64,000 bases of DNA from Eledone cirrhosa. Its lineage: Eukaryota. Every line of letters begins with the position of its first letter. Position 1 is the stretch's first letter. The translations under genes and the position numbers were made by a program. Shown piece by piece: positions 50,200 through 62,841 of this stretch. The notes beneath the pieces were generated by a model. That model did no database searches. It was not told the origin of the DNA and worked only from the letters and a program-made list of their open reading frames with translations. The stretch lies in the NCBI GenBank assembly GCA_964016885.1, contig OZ024760.1, forward strand, positions 5,890,001-5,954,000. Direction: 5' to 3'.

Positions 50200-51131
50200 T
50201 CTAGCTTTGAAGTTATCAACTGTTGGAAACGAGCTCATAACTTTGAAGTTATGAATCAAAAGGCCTTAAAATTAACCTGGCTAAGACTAAAGTTCTAGTT
50301 TGTAGGAAAGAAAATAAGGCGCCGGTCCCTTCCGGGAAATGGCCATGCTCAGTGTGTAGGAAAGGCGTAAGTAGAAACTCCATTTTATGTCCCAAATGCA
50401 AAGTATGGGTGCATAAAAGATGTAGTGGGATCACAGGTAAGCTAACTAAGAACATAGATTTTACATGTGGCCGGTGCTCTGGTGCAATAAGTAGCAGCAA
50501 GTGCCCACAAAATACTAGCTCTTTCAATTGCACAGAGGGTTCTATAGAAATAGTGGACAGCTTCCGTTACCTGGGTGACAAAATCAGCAGTGGGGGAGGG
50601 TGCTCTGAAAGTACAGTAGCTAGAGTCAGAACTGGATGGAAAAAGTTCAGAGAGCTTATACCACTATTAGCCGCTAAAGGGTTCTCCCTAAAAATGAAAG
50701 GCAGGTTGTATGATGCCTGCATACGAACAGCAATGTTGCATGGCAGTGAGACCTGGGCATTGTGTGCAGAGGATATACGCAGACTAGAGAGGAACGAAGC
50801 TTGCATGCTCCGCTGGATGTGTAATAGTAATATACGTGAACGGCAAAGCATAAACTAACTAAGGGAAAAATTAGAAATAAGAGGGATCAGATGTTGTTTA
50901 CTCGAGAGAAGGCTACGTTGGTACGGTCACGTGATGCGCATGAAAGACGACAGCTGTATAACAAAGTCCAGGGCAATAAAGATAGACGGTAGCCACGGAG
51001 TAGGCAGACCCAGAAAAACCTGGGACGACTTGATAAATTCTGACCTCACACACTTACACCTCTCCAAGACAATGTCACTGGACCGAGACCTTTGGCGGTA
51101 CTCAGTAATAGAGAAGACCCGCCTTACCTAA
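50200..51131 (+). mobile_element. 5'-truncated RTE-clade LINE, RT C-terminal half with Cys-rich insert
   Basis: Encodes GLKINLAKTKV, CSVC..CPKC..WVHKRC..CGRC, FRYLGD, MLHGSETW, RRLRWYGHV and GRPRKTW. One in-frame TAA at 50856-50858. Confidence 0.88.
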
Positions 51132-51973
51132 ATACAAAGTAAAACCTACTACAGTCAGTAGGCATCTCTAACAAAATACACACCCGTCCCACCACCCCCA
51201 CCCCATCCACACCGCCCCTTTCAATGTAAAGTTATGTTGGTGCCACAACATCCAGGCCAAAACAAATGAGATCGTGTAGACACAGTCCACGCTGTAATGT
51301 GGCTGTGTAGGCAACACGGTAAAACCTCCCAGCCCCACACTGTAAATGTGGTTGGTGTTAGGAAGGGCATCCAGCTGTAGAAAACCCGCCAGACAGTCCT
51401 ATGCGAGCAAGACAACCACTCTTGCCTCAAGTGGGAAAACTCCCGTCCAAACCCATGCAAGCGTGGAACATGGACGTTAAACAATGATGATGATGATGAG
51501 TTCAAACATGTTAGGACGGGTTATCTTGTCTGTGGCACTGGAATGCATAGATGTTAGGATGAGTTATCTCGACTACAGCACTGAAGAGGTTAAGGGCATT
51601 TAGTGTAAGTGTCATTTACCAAAGCCTCAGGCTTGGGTTGAAACCCCTACCCCCATGGCTTGTGAGTGAAATCAGGTAGATGGAAACTACTGTTTGAAAG
51701 TCTGTCAATTGGACTGTACCTGTAATTCGAAGGGGCCAGCCTTCTCATACCTATTGTGGTTTAGTCGTTAGGGCATTGGATTCACAATCATGTCCCATTG
51801 TGTTCTTGAATAAAAACACTTCACATTATTTCAATTCATTCAGCATAAAAACCAGTTACAGCGAAGGCAGTTAACATTACAATAGACTGGCATCCTATCC
51901 AGGAAGCAGTTTTGGATGGGTTCACAAGCAAAATGGTTAAAGGAAATAAGAAAAAAAAGTGTTTAAGACTTAC

Positions 51974-52285
51974 TTTTGTTTCCTTTCAGAGACTTCTTCC
52001 TCCACAACCACAAAACCATCGGCGTCATCATCATCAACAACATCACAACTGTTAAAGTCAAGTTTGTCATCTTCATCCAACATAATGTCACATAGAGCTT
52101 CATCGGGGCTATCCTCCTCTTTCTTCTTCTTCTTTTTGTTGTTCTTCTTTTTTTTCATCTCTTCCTCTTCCTCCTCTTCTTCTTCCCCCACACAGTTCCC
52201 CATTGCTGCCTCTTCTTCTTCCATCTCCTGCTTCAGTAAGACGACATTCTCTTTGTGTTTTTTCGACCTCTCGTGATTGGCAAAT
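51974..52285 (-). CDS. DNAJC21: DNAJC21 exon 9
   Basis: ctttttag acceptor, gtaagt donor. Encodes FANHERSKKHKENVVLLKQEMEEEE...EVSERKQ, completing the first zinc finger (NHExSKKH). Confidence 0.9.
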
Positions 52286-52717
52286 CTAAAAAGAAATATA
52301 TATATATAAAGGATCGATCGACTTGGGTCAAATCGGACCGAGGAAACAATGTTTCCGTCGGTCTTTCCAATTGCTAGTACTATCTATCGGTCGCAATTCC
52401 AGGTAGAAGGGGCAACGTGAAATAAAGTGTCTTGCTCAAGGACATAACGCATCACCCGGTCCAGGAATCGAACTCACAATCTCAAGATTGTGAATCCAAT
52501 TCTCTAACCACTCAGCCACACGCCTTCACTTAATAAATATCGACAGTCGATCGACAAGATCCCAGACCTCATCCGCTTAACGAGTGGGGCGGAGCTCGTC
52601 AAATCATACCGAGGAAACAATGTTTCAATTGGTCTTTCCAATTGCTAATACTATCTATTGGTTGCAAATCAAGGTAGAAGGAGCAATGTGAAATAAAGTG
52701 TCTTGCTCAAGGACATA

Positions 52718-52755
<38 letters not shown>

Positions 52756-52769
52756 ACAATACAAACAGA

Positions 52770-53910
52770 AGTCAAGTGTAGATAGAGAGTTATTTGGTAG
52801 TTTTCAAGTGTAGATAGAGAGTTATTTGGTAGTTTTCAGGTGTAGGTAGAGAGTTATTTGGTAGTTTTCAAGTGTAGGTAGAGAGTTATTTGGTAGTTTT
52901 CAGGTGTAGGTAGAGAGTTATTTGGTAGTTTTCAAGTGTAGGTAGAGAGTTATTTGGTAGTTTTCAAGTGTAGGTAGAGAGTTATTTGGTAGTTTTCAAG
53001 TGTAGGTAGAGAGTTATTTGGTAGTTTTCAAGTGTAGGTAGAGAGTTATTTGGTAGTTTTCAAGTGTAGGTAGAGAGTTATTTGGTAGTTTTCAAGTGTA
53101 GGTAGAGAGTTATTTGGTAGTTTTCAAGTGTAGGTAGAGAGTTATTTGGTAGTTTTCAAGTGTAGGTAGAGAGTTATTTGGTAGTTTTCAAGTGTAGGTA
53201 GAGAGTTATTTGGTAGTTTTCAAGTGTAAGTAGAGAGTTATTTGGTAGTTTTCAAGTGTAGGTAGAGAGTTATTTGTTACTTTTCAAGTGTAAGTAGAGA
53301 GTTATTTGGTAGTTTTCAAGTGTAGGTAGAGAGTTATTTGGTAGTTTTCAAGTGTAGGTAGAGAGTTATTTGGTAGTTTTCAAGCGTAAGTAGAGAGTTA
53401 TTTGGTAGTTTTCAAGTGTAGGTAGAGAGTTATTTGGTAGTTTTCAAGTGTAGGTAGAGAGTTATTTGGTAGTTTTCAAGTGTAGGTAGAGAGTTATTTG
53501 GTAGTTTTCAAGTGTAGGTAGAGAGTTATTTGGTAGTTTTCAAGTGTAAGTAGAGAGTTATTTGGTAGTTTTCAAGTGTAGGTAGAGAGTTATTTGGTAG
53601 TTTTCAAGTGTAGGTAGAGAGTTATTTGGTAGTTTTCAAGTGTAGGTAGAGAGTTATTTGGTAGTTTTCAAGTGTAGGTAGAGAGTTATTTGGTAGTTTT
53701 CAAGTGTAGGTAGAGAGTTATTTGGTAGTTTTCAAGTGTAGGTAGAGAGTTATTTGTTACTTTTCAAGTGTAGGTAGAGAGTTATTTGGTAGTTTTCAAG
53801 TGTAGGTAGAGAGTTATTTGTTACTTTTCAAGTGTAGGTAGAGAGTTATTTGGTAGTTTTCAAGTGTAGGTAGAGAGTTATTTGGTAGTTTTCAAGTGTA
53901 GGTAGAGAGT
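52770..53910. repeat. 32-bp minisatellite, about 35 copies
   Basis: Unit GTAGGTAGAGAGTTATTTGGTAGTTTTCAAGT. Confidence 0.95.
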
Positions 53911-54354
53911 TAAAGGAAAATTTAAGAAAAATGAATAGCAAAATGGAACAGAATACGAAATAGGAAATTCTTTGTTTTTCACTATTTCATTTTCATTTCA
54001 TTTCATTTTACGTCCGCTTTTCCCTGCTTGCAAGGGTGGGACGAGAACTGATGCTGGCTTGATTTCTACAGCTGGATGCCCCTCCTAACACCAACCTCAT
54101 TTACAGTGAGTGCTGGGTGCTTTTTTGCCGTGGCACCTCCACGACCACTTTGCAGTGGAATGATAGGGACCCCAGTCCCTATCATCTCATTTCTACAGCT
54201 GAGTAAACTGGAGCAATGTGAAATAAAGTGTCTTGCTCAAGGAAACAACACATCACCCGGTCTGAGAATTGAACTCACAATCTTTCGATTGCAAGGCCAA
54301 TGCTCTAACCACTAAGCCATGTGTAGTTAATAAAAGAGAATGTTGGATACTTAC

Positions 54355-54436
54355 GCCTTATCACTTTTGAAAGCTTTATTGCAAGCTACACAAAATAAAT
54401 CTGCAAAGTAATCGTCCTCGTCATCTGAGGGGAGAT
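54355..54436 (-). CDS. DNAJC21: DNAJC21 exon 8
   Basis: AG/GT bounded. Encodes DLPSDDEDDYFADLFCVACNKAFKSDKA (CxxC of the zinc finger). Confidence 0.92.
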
Positions 54437-55503
54437 CTGCAAAGGAAAGTATTTAAATAAGTAGAAATATATACATAGATATCATCATTTAACGTCCATT
54501 TTCCACGCTAGCATGGGTGGGATGGGCTGTCCCTTTGGGGGAGATGAGGTTGGAGGAGCATGTTTCGCCCACCCAGGGCTGATTTTGGTTTGGTTTCTAC
54601 AGTTGGATGCCCTTCCTAATGCCAGCCACATTTACAGTGTGTGCTGGGTGCTTTTTGTCTTGACAACTGTACGATCACTTTACAGAGTGGACTGGGCACT
54701 TTCTGTTGTGTCGCCGACACGACCACTTTACAGTGAGGGCTAGGCACTTTTGTCTTGACACACATATCATCATCATCATCATCATCATCATCGTTTAATG
54801 TCCATATTCCACGCTTGCATGGGTTTGGACGGGAGTTTTCCCACTTGAGGCAAGAGTGGTTGTCTTGCTCGCATAGGACTGTCTGGCGGGTTTTCTACGG
54901 CTGGATGCCCTTCCTAACACCAACCACATTTACAGTGTGGGGCTGGGAGGTTTTTACTGTGTTACCTACACGGTCACATTACAGCGTGGACTCAGAAAGT
55001 AAACGGAAACAACAAAGCAAACAACACAGTATAATAATGAAATATATTAGTTTAATGCTTGATATAGTAGGAAAAGAGTCTTAACAGTTCAGACACTGCT
55101 CCTTCATCAGAAAATAGAATGAGAAACAAAAGATGAAATAAAAAGATAAAGGAGAGTGAGAAGAGGAAGGAAAGAGAAAGTTTTTTTGTAGAAAAAGCAT
55201 GTGCATTCAGTTGTGTAATACAACAGCACTACAACAGGAGGAAACATAATAACATCACTGATGATGTCACAGGTGTGTGACGAAACTATATTTACATCTA
55301 TATTTTTTAACTGTTAGTCAATCAATGATAAACATTGATTGCCAGCTGAATTAATTATAGAAATATAAAATACACTGAACTGAAGCGTAAATCAACCCAA
55401 ACCAAACCAAACAGTGTTTTACTATATATTTTTCTGGCAATATTATAACATGACCCTCCCCAAATTTTGCACAACAGCCAAATAATAATAAAATTTAAAT
55501 CAC

Positions 55504-55616
55504 CTTCTGAGAATTTATCCCCAAACTCTTTCTGGTGGAGAGATTCTAGTTCTTTAATTTCTTTCTCAACCTTTGATGTGGCACTCCACTCTGGTTCTTG
55601 GTAGTTTTCAAGTAAT
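55504..55616 (-). CDS. DNAJC21: DNAJC21 exon 7
   Basis: AG/GT bounded, phase 2 to 1. Encodes LLENYQEPEWSATSKVEKEIKELESLHQKEFGDKFSE. Confidence 0.88.
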
Positions 55617-56399
55617 CTGAGAAGAGAAAAAATAAAAAGGGGGATTAGTTTATAAACACGACATGTGTCAGTAAGTGACAACCTGTCTAACCCATGCACA
55701 CATGGAAAAGCGGACATAAACATGCTGATGATATATCATCATCATCGTTTAACATCCATCTTCCACGCTAGCATGGGTTAGATGGGAGTTGTCCCAATTT
55801 GAGGCAAGGTTGGTTGGGTGACCGTGTCTCGCTCGTATAGGACTATCAGGCAGGTTTTCTACGGCTGGATGCCCTTCCTAACACCAACCACATTTACAGT
55901 ATGGAACTGGGAACTTTTTACCGTGTTACCTACACAACCACATTACAGCGTGGACTAATTAAATAGCCCTGTACTATACATGGTAAAAAGCTCCCAGTCC
56001 ACACTGTAAATGTGGTTGGTGTTAGGAAGAGCATCCAACCGTAGAAAACCTACCAGATAGTCCTATATGAACGAGACACGGTCACCCGACCAATCTTGCC
56101 TCATGTGGGACAATTCCCGTCTAACCCATGCTAACGTGGAAGATAGACGTTAAACGATGATGATGATGATGATGATAGAGCAAATATTTATTATAAGAAC
56201 AATTGTAAACGAATAAATATTTTTTAAAGAATTTGGTTGTTTATTCTTCCACTATAATTTTTTATATATATATATACATTGAAGTAGGTGGTTCACCATT
56301 GGATAGAACTGTTCATTCTGTATAGTTAACCATGATGCAACAGTAGGAAAAGCACTCAACGTAACGCAACTCAATCATCTTTGGTGTTAAATATTATTG

Positions 56400-57128
56400 T
56401 TAAACTAACAGGTAGGGAGAAATATGTATGCAGTAGATGTACAAGGAAATTAGACAGTAGAAGTCGCATTGATAGACACATTTTTCAAATGCAGCAGGGC
56501 GCTATAGAAGTGGTGGATAGCTTCCGGTACCTAGGAGATCAGATTAGCATGGGAGGAGGGTGTTCCGAGGTCATAGTATCTAGAATAAGGACGGGTTGGA
56601 AGAAGTTTAGGGAGCTGCTTCCTCTGTTGACGAAGAAGGGTTTCTCCCTGCATACGAAAGGCCGGTTGTATGATGCCTGTGTGAGGAGCGCGATGCTGCA
56701 TGGTAGTGAGACATGGCTAGCAACTGCAGAGGATATGCGACGGCTGGAGAGAAATGAGGCAAGCATGCTCCATTAGATGTGCAGTGTAAATGTGCGTGAA
56801 CGACCCAGCGTGAATGTGTTGAGAGAGAAACTGTGTCTGAGAGGGATAGAATGTAGTGTACGGGAGAGGAGACTGAGGTGGTATGGACATGTGATGTGCA
56901 TGGAGGATGACCGATGGGTGAAGAAGTGCCAGGAAATGCCAGTTGAAGGAAGACGTGGTAGAGGTAGACCACGAAAAACATGGGCGGAGGTGGTGAGAAC
57001 AGACCTCAGATCATTGAAGCTCACGGTGGAGATGACGAAGGACCGTGATGAGTGGAGAGATGCTGTGCTGAATAAGACCCGTCCCACCCTTGCAAGCAGG
57101 GAAAAGCGGACGTAAAATGATGATGATA
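56400..57128 (+). mobile_element. 5'-truncated RTE-clade LINE with intact 3' end
   Basis: Encodes FRYLGD...MLHGSETW...RRLRWYGHV...GRPRKTW. TAG at 56774-56776 sits where the other copy has Trp. (TGA)n tail. Confidence 0.88.
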
Positions 57129-57886
57129 TAGTGTCTGCAAAAATAAAAACTTTAAAGGAATTCAAACTATCCGGCCTCTTATCATTTTATTCAATTATAT
57201 ATATATATATATACATATATATCATCACCAGCATCATCATCTTTTAACATCCACTTTCCACACTAGCATGGGTTAGACAGGTTGTCCCATTTGAGGCAAG
57301 CTGGGTTAGGTAATTGTGACTTACTCATATAGAACTGTTTCTGGCTAGATTACTACAGCTGGATGTCCTTCCTAACGCCAACCACATTTACAATGAATGC
57401 TGGCTGCTTTTTACCTCATTCACATTGTCAAATCCGACCAAGGAAACAATGTTTCCATTGGTATTACTATTGCTGATACTATCTACCAGTTCCACCTTCT
57501 GACAGAGAATGATGATAATGATGATGTTCCCAGCATTTTGTTGAAAGATGGGTGAGAGAAGCAAGAATGGCCCGAGTGAATGGGCCTACTCTGAGTATAT
57601 ATCTGTAAATTAAAGGTGGAAAACTGAGAGAGGGCACTTGCCTTGGTGGTCAGGGTCACTGTGGCCTTTTACTGGGCTTTCTCCACAAATGTCCCTCCGA
57701 AGTCTCCCCCCTATTGGGGAATTTTTCATTGTTATTTTTTTGTTACATCCTCTGTTTTTGTTTTTTACACGCAGAAATGCCCATTTGTACCGTACTGTAT
57801 TGTCCTGCACTATCCTTAATGTCTATGTAAACCCTTGTGGTTAATAAAGAAATCGTTATAACAAAAATGAATAAAAAGATATTTAC

Positions 57887-58017
57887 TTCAATCTTTCTCG
57901 AACTTGATTTTTCCGTCTTTCTTCACTTTTCTGAGCCAATTCCACTGCCCTCCTTTCCAATTCTTCCTTGTGAGCTTTCACTCGTTTGTCTCGCTTTTTA
58001 ACAAAAGCTACCAGTTG
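57887..58017 (-). CDS. DNAJC21: DNAJC21 exon 6
   Basis: AG/GT bounded. Encodes QLVAFVKKRDKRVKAHKEELERRAVELAQKSEERRKNQVRERL. Confidence 0.93.
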
Positions 58018-58949
58018 CTGAAAATCCAGTACAGAATAAATATCAACATCAACAGATTACACAGGAATAAATGAAAAAAATTAGTAAAAGTTTGACAAGT
58101 TCCACACCACCCAGTAAGTAAATGAGGTCTGGGATCTTGTCGATCATCCTCACCAAAAAATGTTATTAGAAATACAATAATGAAGTGGTTAAAATGAGAA
58201 CCACTAAATCTACATCTGTTTAATCCTTGGCATTTACATTACTCTGTATATACTATTGTATTTTTGTGGTGAAGGCTTTACCTTACATAATTATCTCACA
58301 TAATATTCAATCTATGAGATTTTGATATTATTTATTTTGAGAACAATACCTTAACCCTTTAGCATTTAAACCGGCAGTATTTGGCCAGAGTTCTTTCACC
58401 TCTTTCTTTTCAAACTGGCTATAACTGGCCTTTCATACTGATGTTACGGTATTGTTCTTAAAATAAATAACATCATAATCTTGTAGATTCAATATTATGT
58501 GAACTAATTATGTAGTGAGAGAATTCTGGCCAGATACAGCTGGTTTAAATGCTAAAGGGTTAAACTACACATTATATCCACTTGTTTTATTGAAGAGCCC
58601 TTCAACAACCCTAGGGCGAAGGGTAAAGGAATGGAGGTTGCCTTGTTCCATGGCAGCTACTTTTCGGGAGTGAGAACAAGGTAAGAAGGGTGGTAAGTAT
58701 GATGTGTCATGGGAGAAGGGGAAGAATGACAAGTATGATGTTGTGAGTGTATGACAAGTGTGATGGGATTTAGCAGGGGTGGAGTAAGAGAGACACAAGA
58801 AGCTGGAGTGATTTCAGGTAGGATTAGAAGGTGGTGTACAGAAAAGATGATGATGATTGTGGGAGCGAATTTGTGTAGGGTGGGAGGATGTAGGGAAGAC
58901 TTGAAAGATTAAATTTCTACATCACAAGACCACAGACAGTAAAAGCAAG

Positions 58950-59120
58950 ACACCAGATGATGTGTGGCAAGTCCACAGATGATGTGAAACAAGCCACCAG
59001 ATGATGTGAGACAAGTCACGAGATGATATGAGACAAGCCACCAGATGATATGAGACAAGCCACCAGATGATGTGAGACACGTCACCAGATGATGTGAGAC
59101 ACGACACCAGATGATATGTG
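58950..59120. repeat. 22-bp minisatellite
   Basis: Unit CACCAGATGATGTGAGACAAGC. Confidence 0.85.
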
Positions 59121-59132
59121 TGTTTTACTTAC

Positions 59133-59306
59133 ACGAATCTCTTCATTTCTTTCTTTCTTAGCAGCATCTCGAAGTTTCTTGTTTTCAGCTTCCATCAAGC
59201 GACGAGATCTCCGATCAGGTGCCTCTCGTGTGTCATATTTCTCCACCCAGACGTAGGACTTGGCAGTGCAGTAGCTTGACCAATAGCCATAGAACACGTT
59301 AACTAT
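59133..59306 (-). CDS. DNAJC21: DNAJC21 exon 5
   Basis: Encodes IVNVFYGYWSSYCTAKSYVWVEKYDTREAPDRRSRRLMEAENKKLRDAAKKERNEEIR (zuotin-homology region). Confidence 0.94.
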
Positions 59307-59437
59307 CTGTAACATAATAAAGACAAAATAAAAAATAAACCCTCCCAAGAAGAAGAATACAAGTTACAATGGTTGTTGTTGTTGTCAATGTTTTTATATA
59401 AGAACAATTCTTCCACATAGTTAGAATCTATACTAAC

Positions 59438-59563
59438 CTCATCAAAGTTGCTATCACTCTTGCCAAACAAAGGAATCTTCATATCACAGTCTTTGTCTTC
59501 CATGTAATTATAATCTTCCTCAGCAAGGACATCAAACACAGTTCTATATACAGAATAAAATCC
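59438..59563 (-). CDS. DNAJC21: DNAJC21 exon 4
   Basis: Phase 0 to 0. Encodes GFYSVYRTVFDVLAEEDYNYMEDKDCDMKIPLFGKSDSNFDE. Confidence 0.93.
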
Positions 59564-60547
59564 CTTCAAAGAACAAAAAAATAAAATATTCATTTACAAA
59601 TATTGACAAAAGAAATGTATTTACAATAGTAAAGAGAAATACAGTGTTTAACCCTTTAACATTTACATTATTCTGTATATACTATTGTATTTTTGTGGTA
59701 AAGGTTTTATCTCGCATTGGCAGTATCAGTAGAGGATCTGACGCCATGCTTTGCAACAAAGAGTTATGGCCCTTTATGGTCTGAGTTCAAATCCCGCCGA
59801 AGTTAACTTTGCCTTACGGGGTCAATAAAATAAAGTACCAGTAATACACTGCGATAATTGCTGGCCTTGTGCCAAATGTAGAAACAATTATATCAATCTA
59901 TGAGATTTTGATATTATTCGTGTTGAGAACACTACCTTAACATCAGTATGAGCAGCCAGTCATGGCTGGTTTAAATGGGAAGAGGTGAGAGTATTCTGGC
60001 CAGATACGGACGGTTTAAGAAGATACCGTTAACCCCAGGCCTGTTTAAAGCTGTTAATTGGTTCATCCAAAAGAAATTAATATGCCCAGGCCAGATGTGT
60101 GATGCAGGCACATCAAAAAGATGTTAATACACGCTCCCTAAAGTTGAGAATAAGCTGAGCTCGATGTGTAATGTAGACCCACCCAAAAGCTAATAATAGT
60201 CCCAGGTCAAATGTTAATATAGGCCCTCCTAAAGTGGGGAATAAGTCTATGCCAGATGTTAATACAGGCCACCTAGAATTGGAAATCGTCCCAACCCAGC
60301 CCAGACCAGATATGTAATGTAAGCCGCCCTAAAGTTGGGAAAAGGCCCAGGTCAGATGTCTAATGTTAGCTGTCCCCTAAAGTTGGTAATAGACCTGGGT
60401 CAGATGTGTTATGTAGGCCCAGGTTAGATGTTAATACAACCCCCTAATGTTGGAAATAGCCTCAGGCCAGATGTGAAATATAAGCAGCCCTAAAATTGCT
60501 TAATAAGCCCAGGCCAGGCCTATGTGACGTGTGACATATAGACTTAC

Positions 60548-60639
60548 ATTTTCACCATCACCGTAACCAGAGTAACAGGAAGAATTGAAGAATTGGAAAA
60601 TATTCAAACTGTTGTCTTCAAAATCACCTTTTCCAAGTC
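60548..60639 (-). CDS. DNAJC21: DNAJC21 exon 3
   Basis: ctgcag acceptor, gtaagt donor. Encodes GLGKGDFEDNSLNIFQFFNSSCYSGYGDGEN. Confidence 0.92.
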
Positions 60640-60894
60640 CTGCAGACATAAATATAACAAATAAAGAAAGTATCAGTATTGCAGATGGGAAACATAAAAT
60701 TGTTTACTTAGCATAGATGAATTGAGAGAGAAACTGTGTGTAAGAGGAATAAACTGTAGTGTACAGGAGAGAAGACTACGTTGGTATGGCCACGTGGTGT
60801 GCATGGATGATGACTGCTGGGTGAAGAAGTACCAGGTAATCCCAGTGGAAGGAAGGTGCAGTAGAGGAGGACTACGAAAAACATGGTCAAACTG

Positions 60895-61065
60895 ATGTAA
60901 TATTCACCACCAAAGTGAAACCAGTGTAATATTCACCTCCAAAGTGAAACCAGTGTAATATTCACCTCCAAAGTGAAACCAGTGTAATATTCACCTCCAA
61001 AGTGAAACCAGTGTAATATTCACCCCCAAAGTGAAACCAGTGTAATATTCACCTCCAAAGTGAAA
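60895..61065. repeat. 29-bp minisatellite
   Basis: Unit TATTCACCTCCAAAGTGAAACCAGTGTAA. Confidence 0.9.
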
Positions 61066-61496
61066 ATATTTTAGCACCTCATTTAACCCTTTAGCATTTA
61101 CATTACTCTATATTTACTATTGTATTTTCATGGTAAACACTTTATCTCACATAATATCGAATGTATGAGATATTTGATACTATTTATTTTGAGATCAATA
61201 TCTTAACAACAGTATGAGCAGCTGGTTAGAGTTGGTTTGAACAGAAAGAGGAGAGAGAATTCTGGCCGGATGCGGCGTGATGAAATGGTGAAGAGTTAAG
61301 TGGAATTTTGAAGTTGGTCAACATCATCAAAATATTGACCTTGAATATAAGCCAGGCCAAACCCCCACCGCATTTTACCATTGATTTTTTTTTTTTTTGT
61401 TACATATTTCTTGACTCATACAATATAATCTTTGGTTCATTATTTCAATGGAATAAACAACAGGAGTTAATTATACAATACAACAGACAAACTTAC

Positions 61497-61625
61497 CTCC
61501 ATGAAGAATAGCATCTCTATGTTTGTCATACCAGGCTCTTTCCTGTGGGTCACTGAGTACTTCATATGCTTGCTTAATACAGCGGAACTGCATAGTACTC
61601 TCAGCAATGTTTTCTGGATTTTTAT
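61497..61625 (-). CDS. DNAJC21: DNAJC21 exon 2, J domain
   Basis: Encodes [43 protein letters not shown]. Completes the HPD motif across the junction. Confidence 0.95.
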
Positions 61626-61849
61626 CTTTAAAGAAATAAATAGTTATCATCATCATCATAGTCATCAATTAACGTCCATTTTCCACACTAGCATGGGTTA
61701 GACGGGTTGTCCCATTTGAGACAAGTTGGGTCAGGTGACCGTGTCTTGCTCATACAGAACTGTTTCTGACTAGATTTCTGCAGCTGGATGCACTTCCTAA
61801 CACCACCAATATTCACAGTGTGAACTGGGTACTTTTTGCCGTGACTCCT

Positions 61850-62540
61850 ACACGACCACTTTACAGTGTGGGCTGGGTGTTTTTTTGTCATGACATTTTC
61901 ACAACAACATTACAGTGTGGGCTGGGTGCTTTTTGTCATGCCACCTACACGACCACTTTACAGTGTGGGCAGGGTGCTTTTTGTTGTGACACCTGCATGA
62001 CCACTTTACAGTGTGGGCAGGGTGCTTTTTGTTGTGACACCTGCATGACCACTTTACAGTGTGGGCAGGGTGCTTTTTGTTGTGACACCTGCATGACCAC
62101 TTTACAGTGTGGGCAGGGTGCTTTTTGTCATGCTACCTACACGACCACTTTACAGTGTGGGCAGGGTGCTTTTTGTCATGCCACCTACACAACCACTTTA
62201 CAGTGTGGACTGGGTGCTTTTTGTTGTGACACCTACACGACCACTTTACAGTGTGGACTGGGTGCTTTTTGTCATGCCACCTACACGACCACTTTACAGT
62301 GTGGGCAGGGTGCTTTTTGTCAAACCACCTACACGACCACTTTACAGTGTGGACTGGGTGCTTTTTGTCATGCCACCTACACGACCACTTTACAGTGTGG
62401 GCAGGGTGCTTTTTGTTGTGACACCTACACGACCACTTTACAGTGTGGGCAGGGTGCTTTTTGTTGTGACACCTACACGACCACTTTACTGTGGGCAGGG
62501 TGCTTTTTGTTGTGACACCTACACGACCACAATACAGTGA
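61850..62540. repeat. 48-bp minisatellite derived from a SINE body
   Basis: Consensus unit GTGACACCTACACGACCACTTTACAGTGTGGGCAGGGTGCTTTTTGTT. Confidence 0.9.
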
Positions 62541-62559
62541 GGGTTGGGTGTTGTTTAAC

Positions 62560-62841
62560 CAGAGGCGTAACTAGGGTATGGCAAGTATGGCACATGCCAT
62601 GGACGCCACTTGGACTAGGAGCACGTTCTATTAAAGTCAAGTAAGCCTCGTCGGAGAGTGAAAAAAGAAACTCCTTCAGATGTATGACCTGTCTTTGATT
62701 GCCATGGGTGAGAACACTATGGTGGCTGGATCATTAAACCATTTATATAAATTATTAGGTCCATAGGTAAAAATAGAGTGCTGGGCAGGTGCACAATTTC
62801 ACTACTTGTCATAGGGGCTATTTTCCCTAGTTATGCCTCTG
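62560..62841. mobile_element. MITE with 17-bp TIRs
   Basis: CAGAGGCGTAACTAGGG...CCCTAGTTATGCCTCTG, flanked by TTTAAC on both sides. Partial relative at 11820-12065. Confidence 0.7.
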
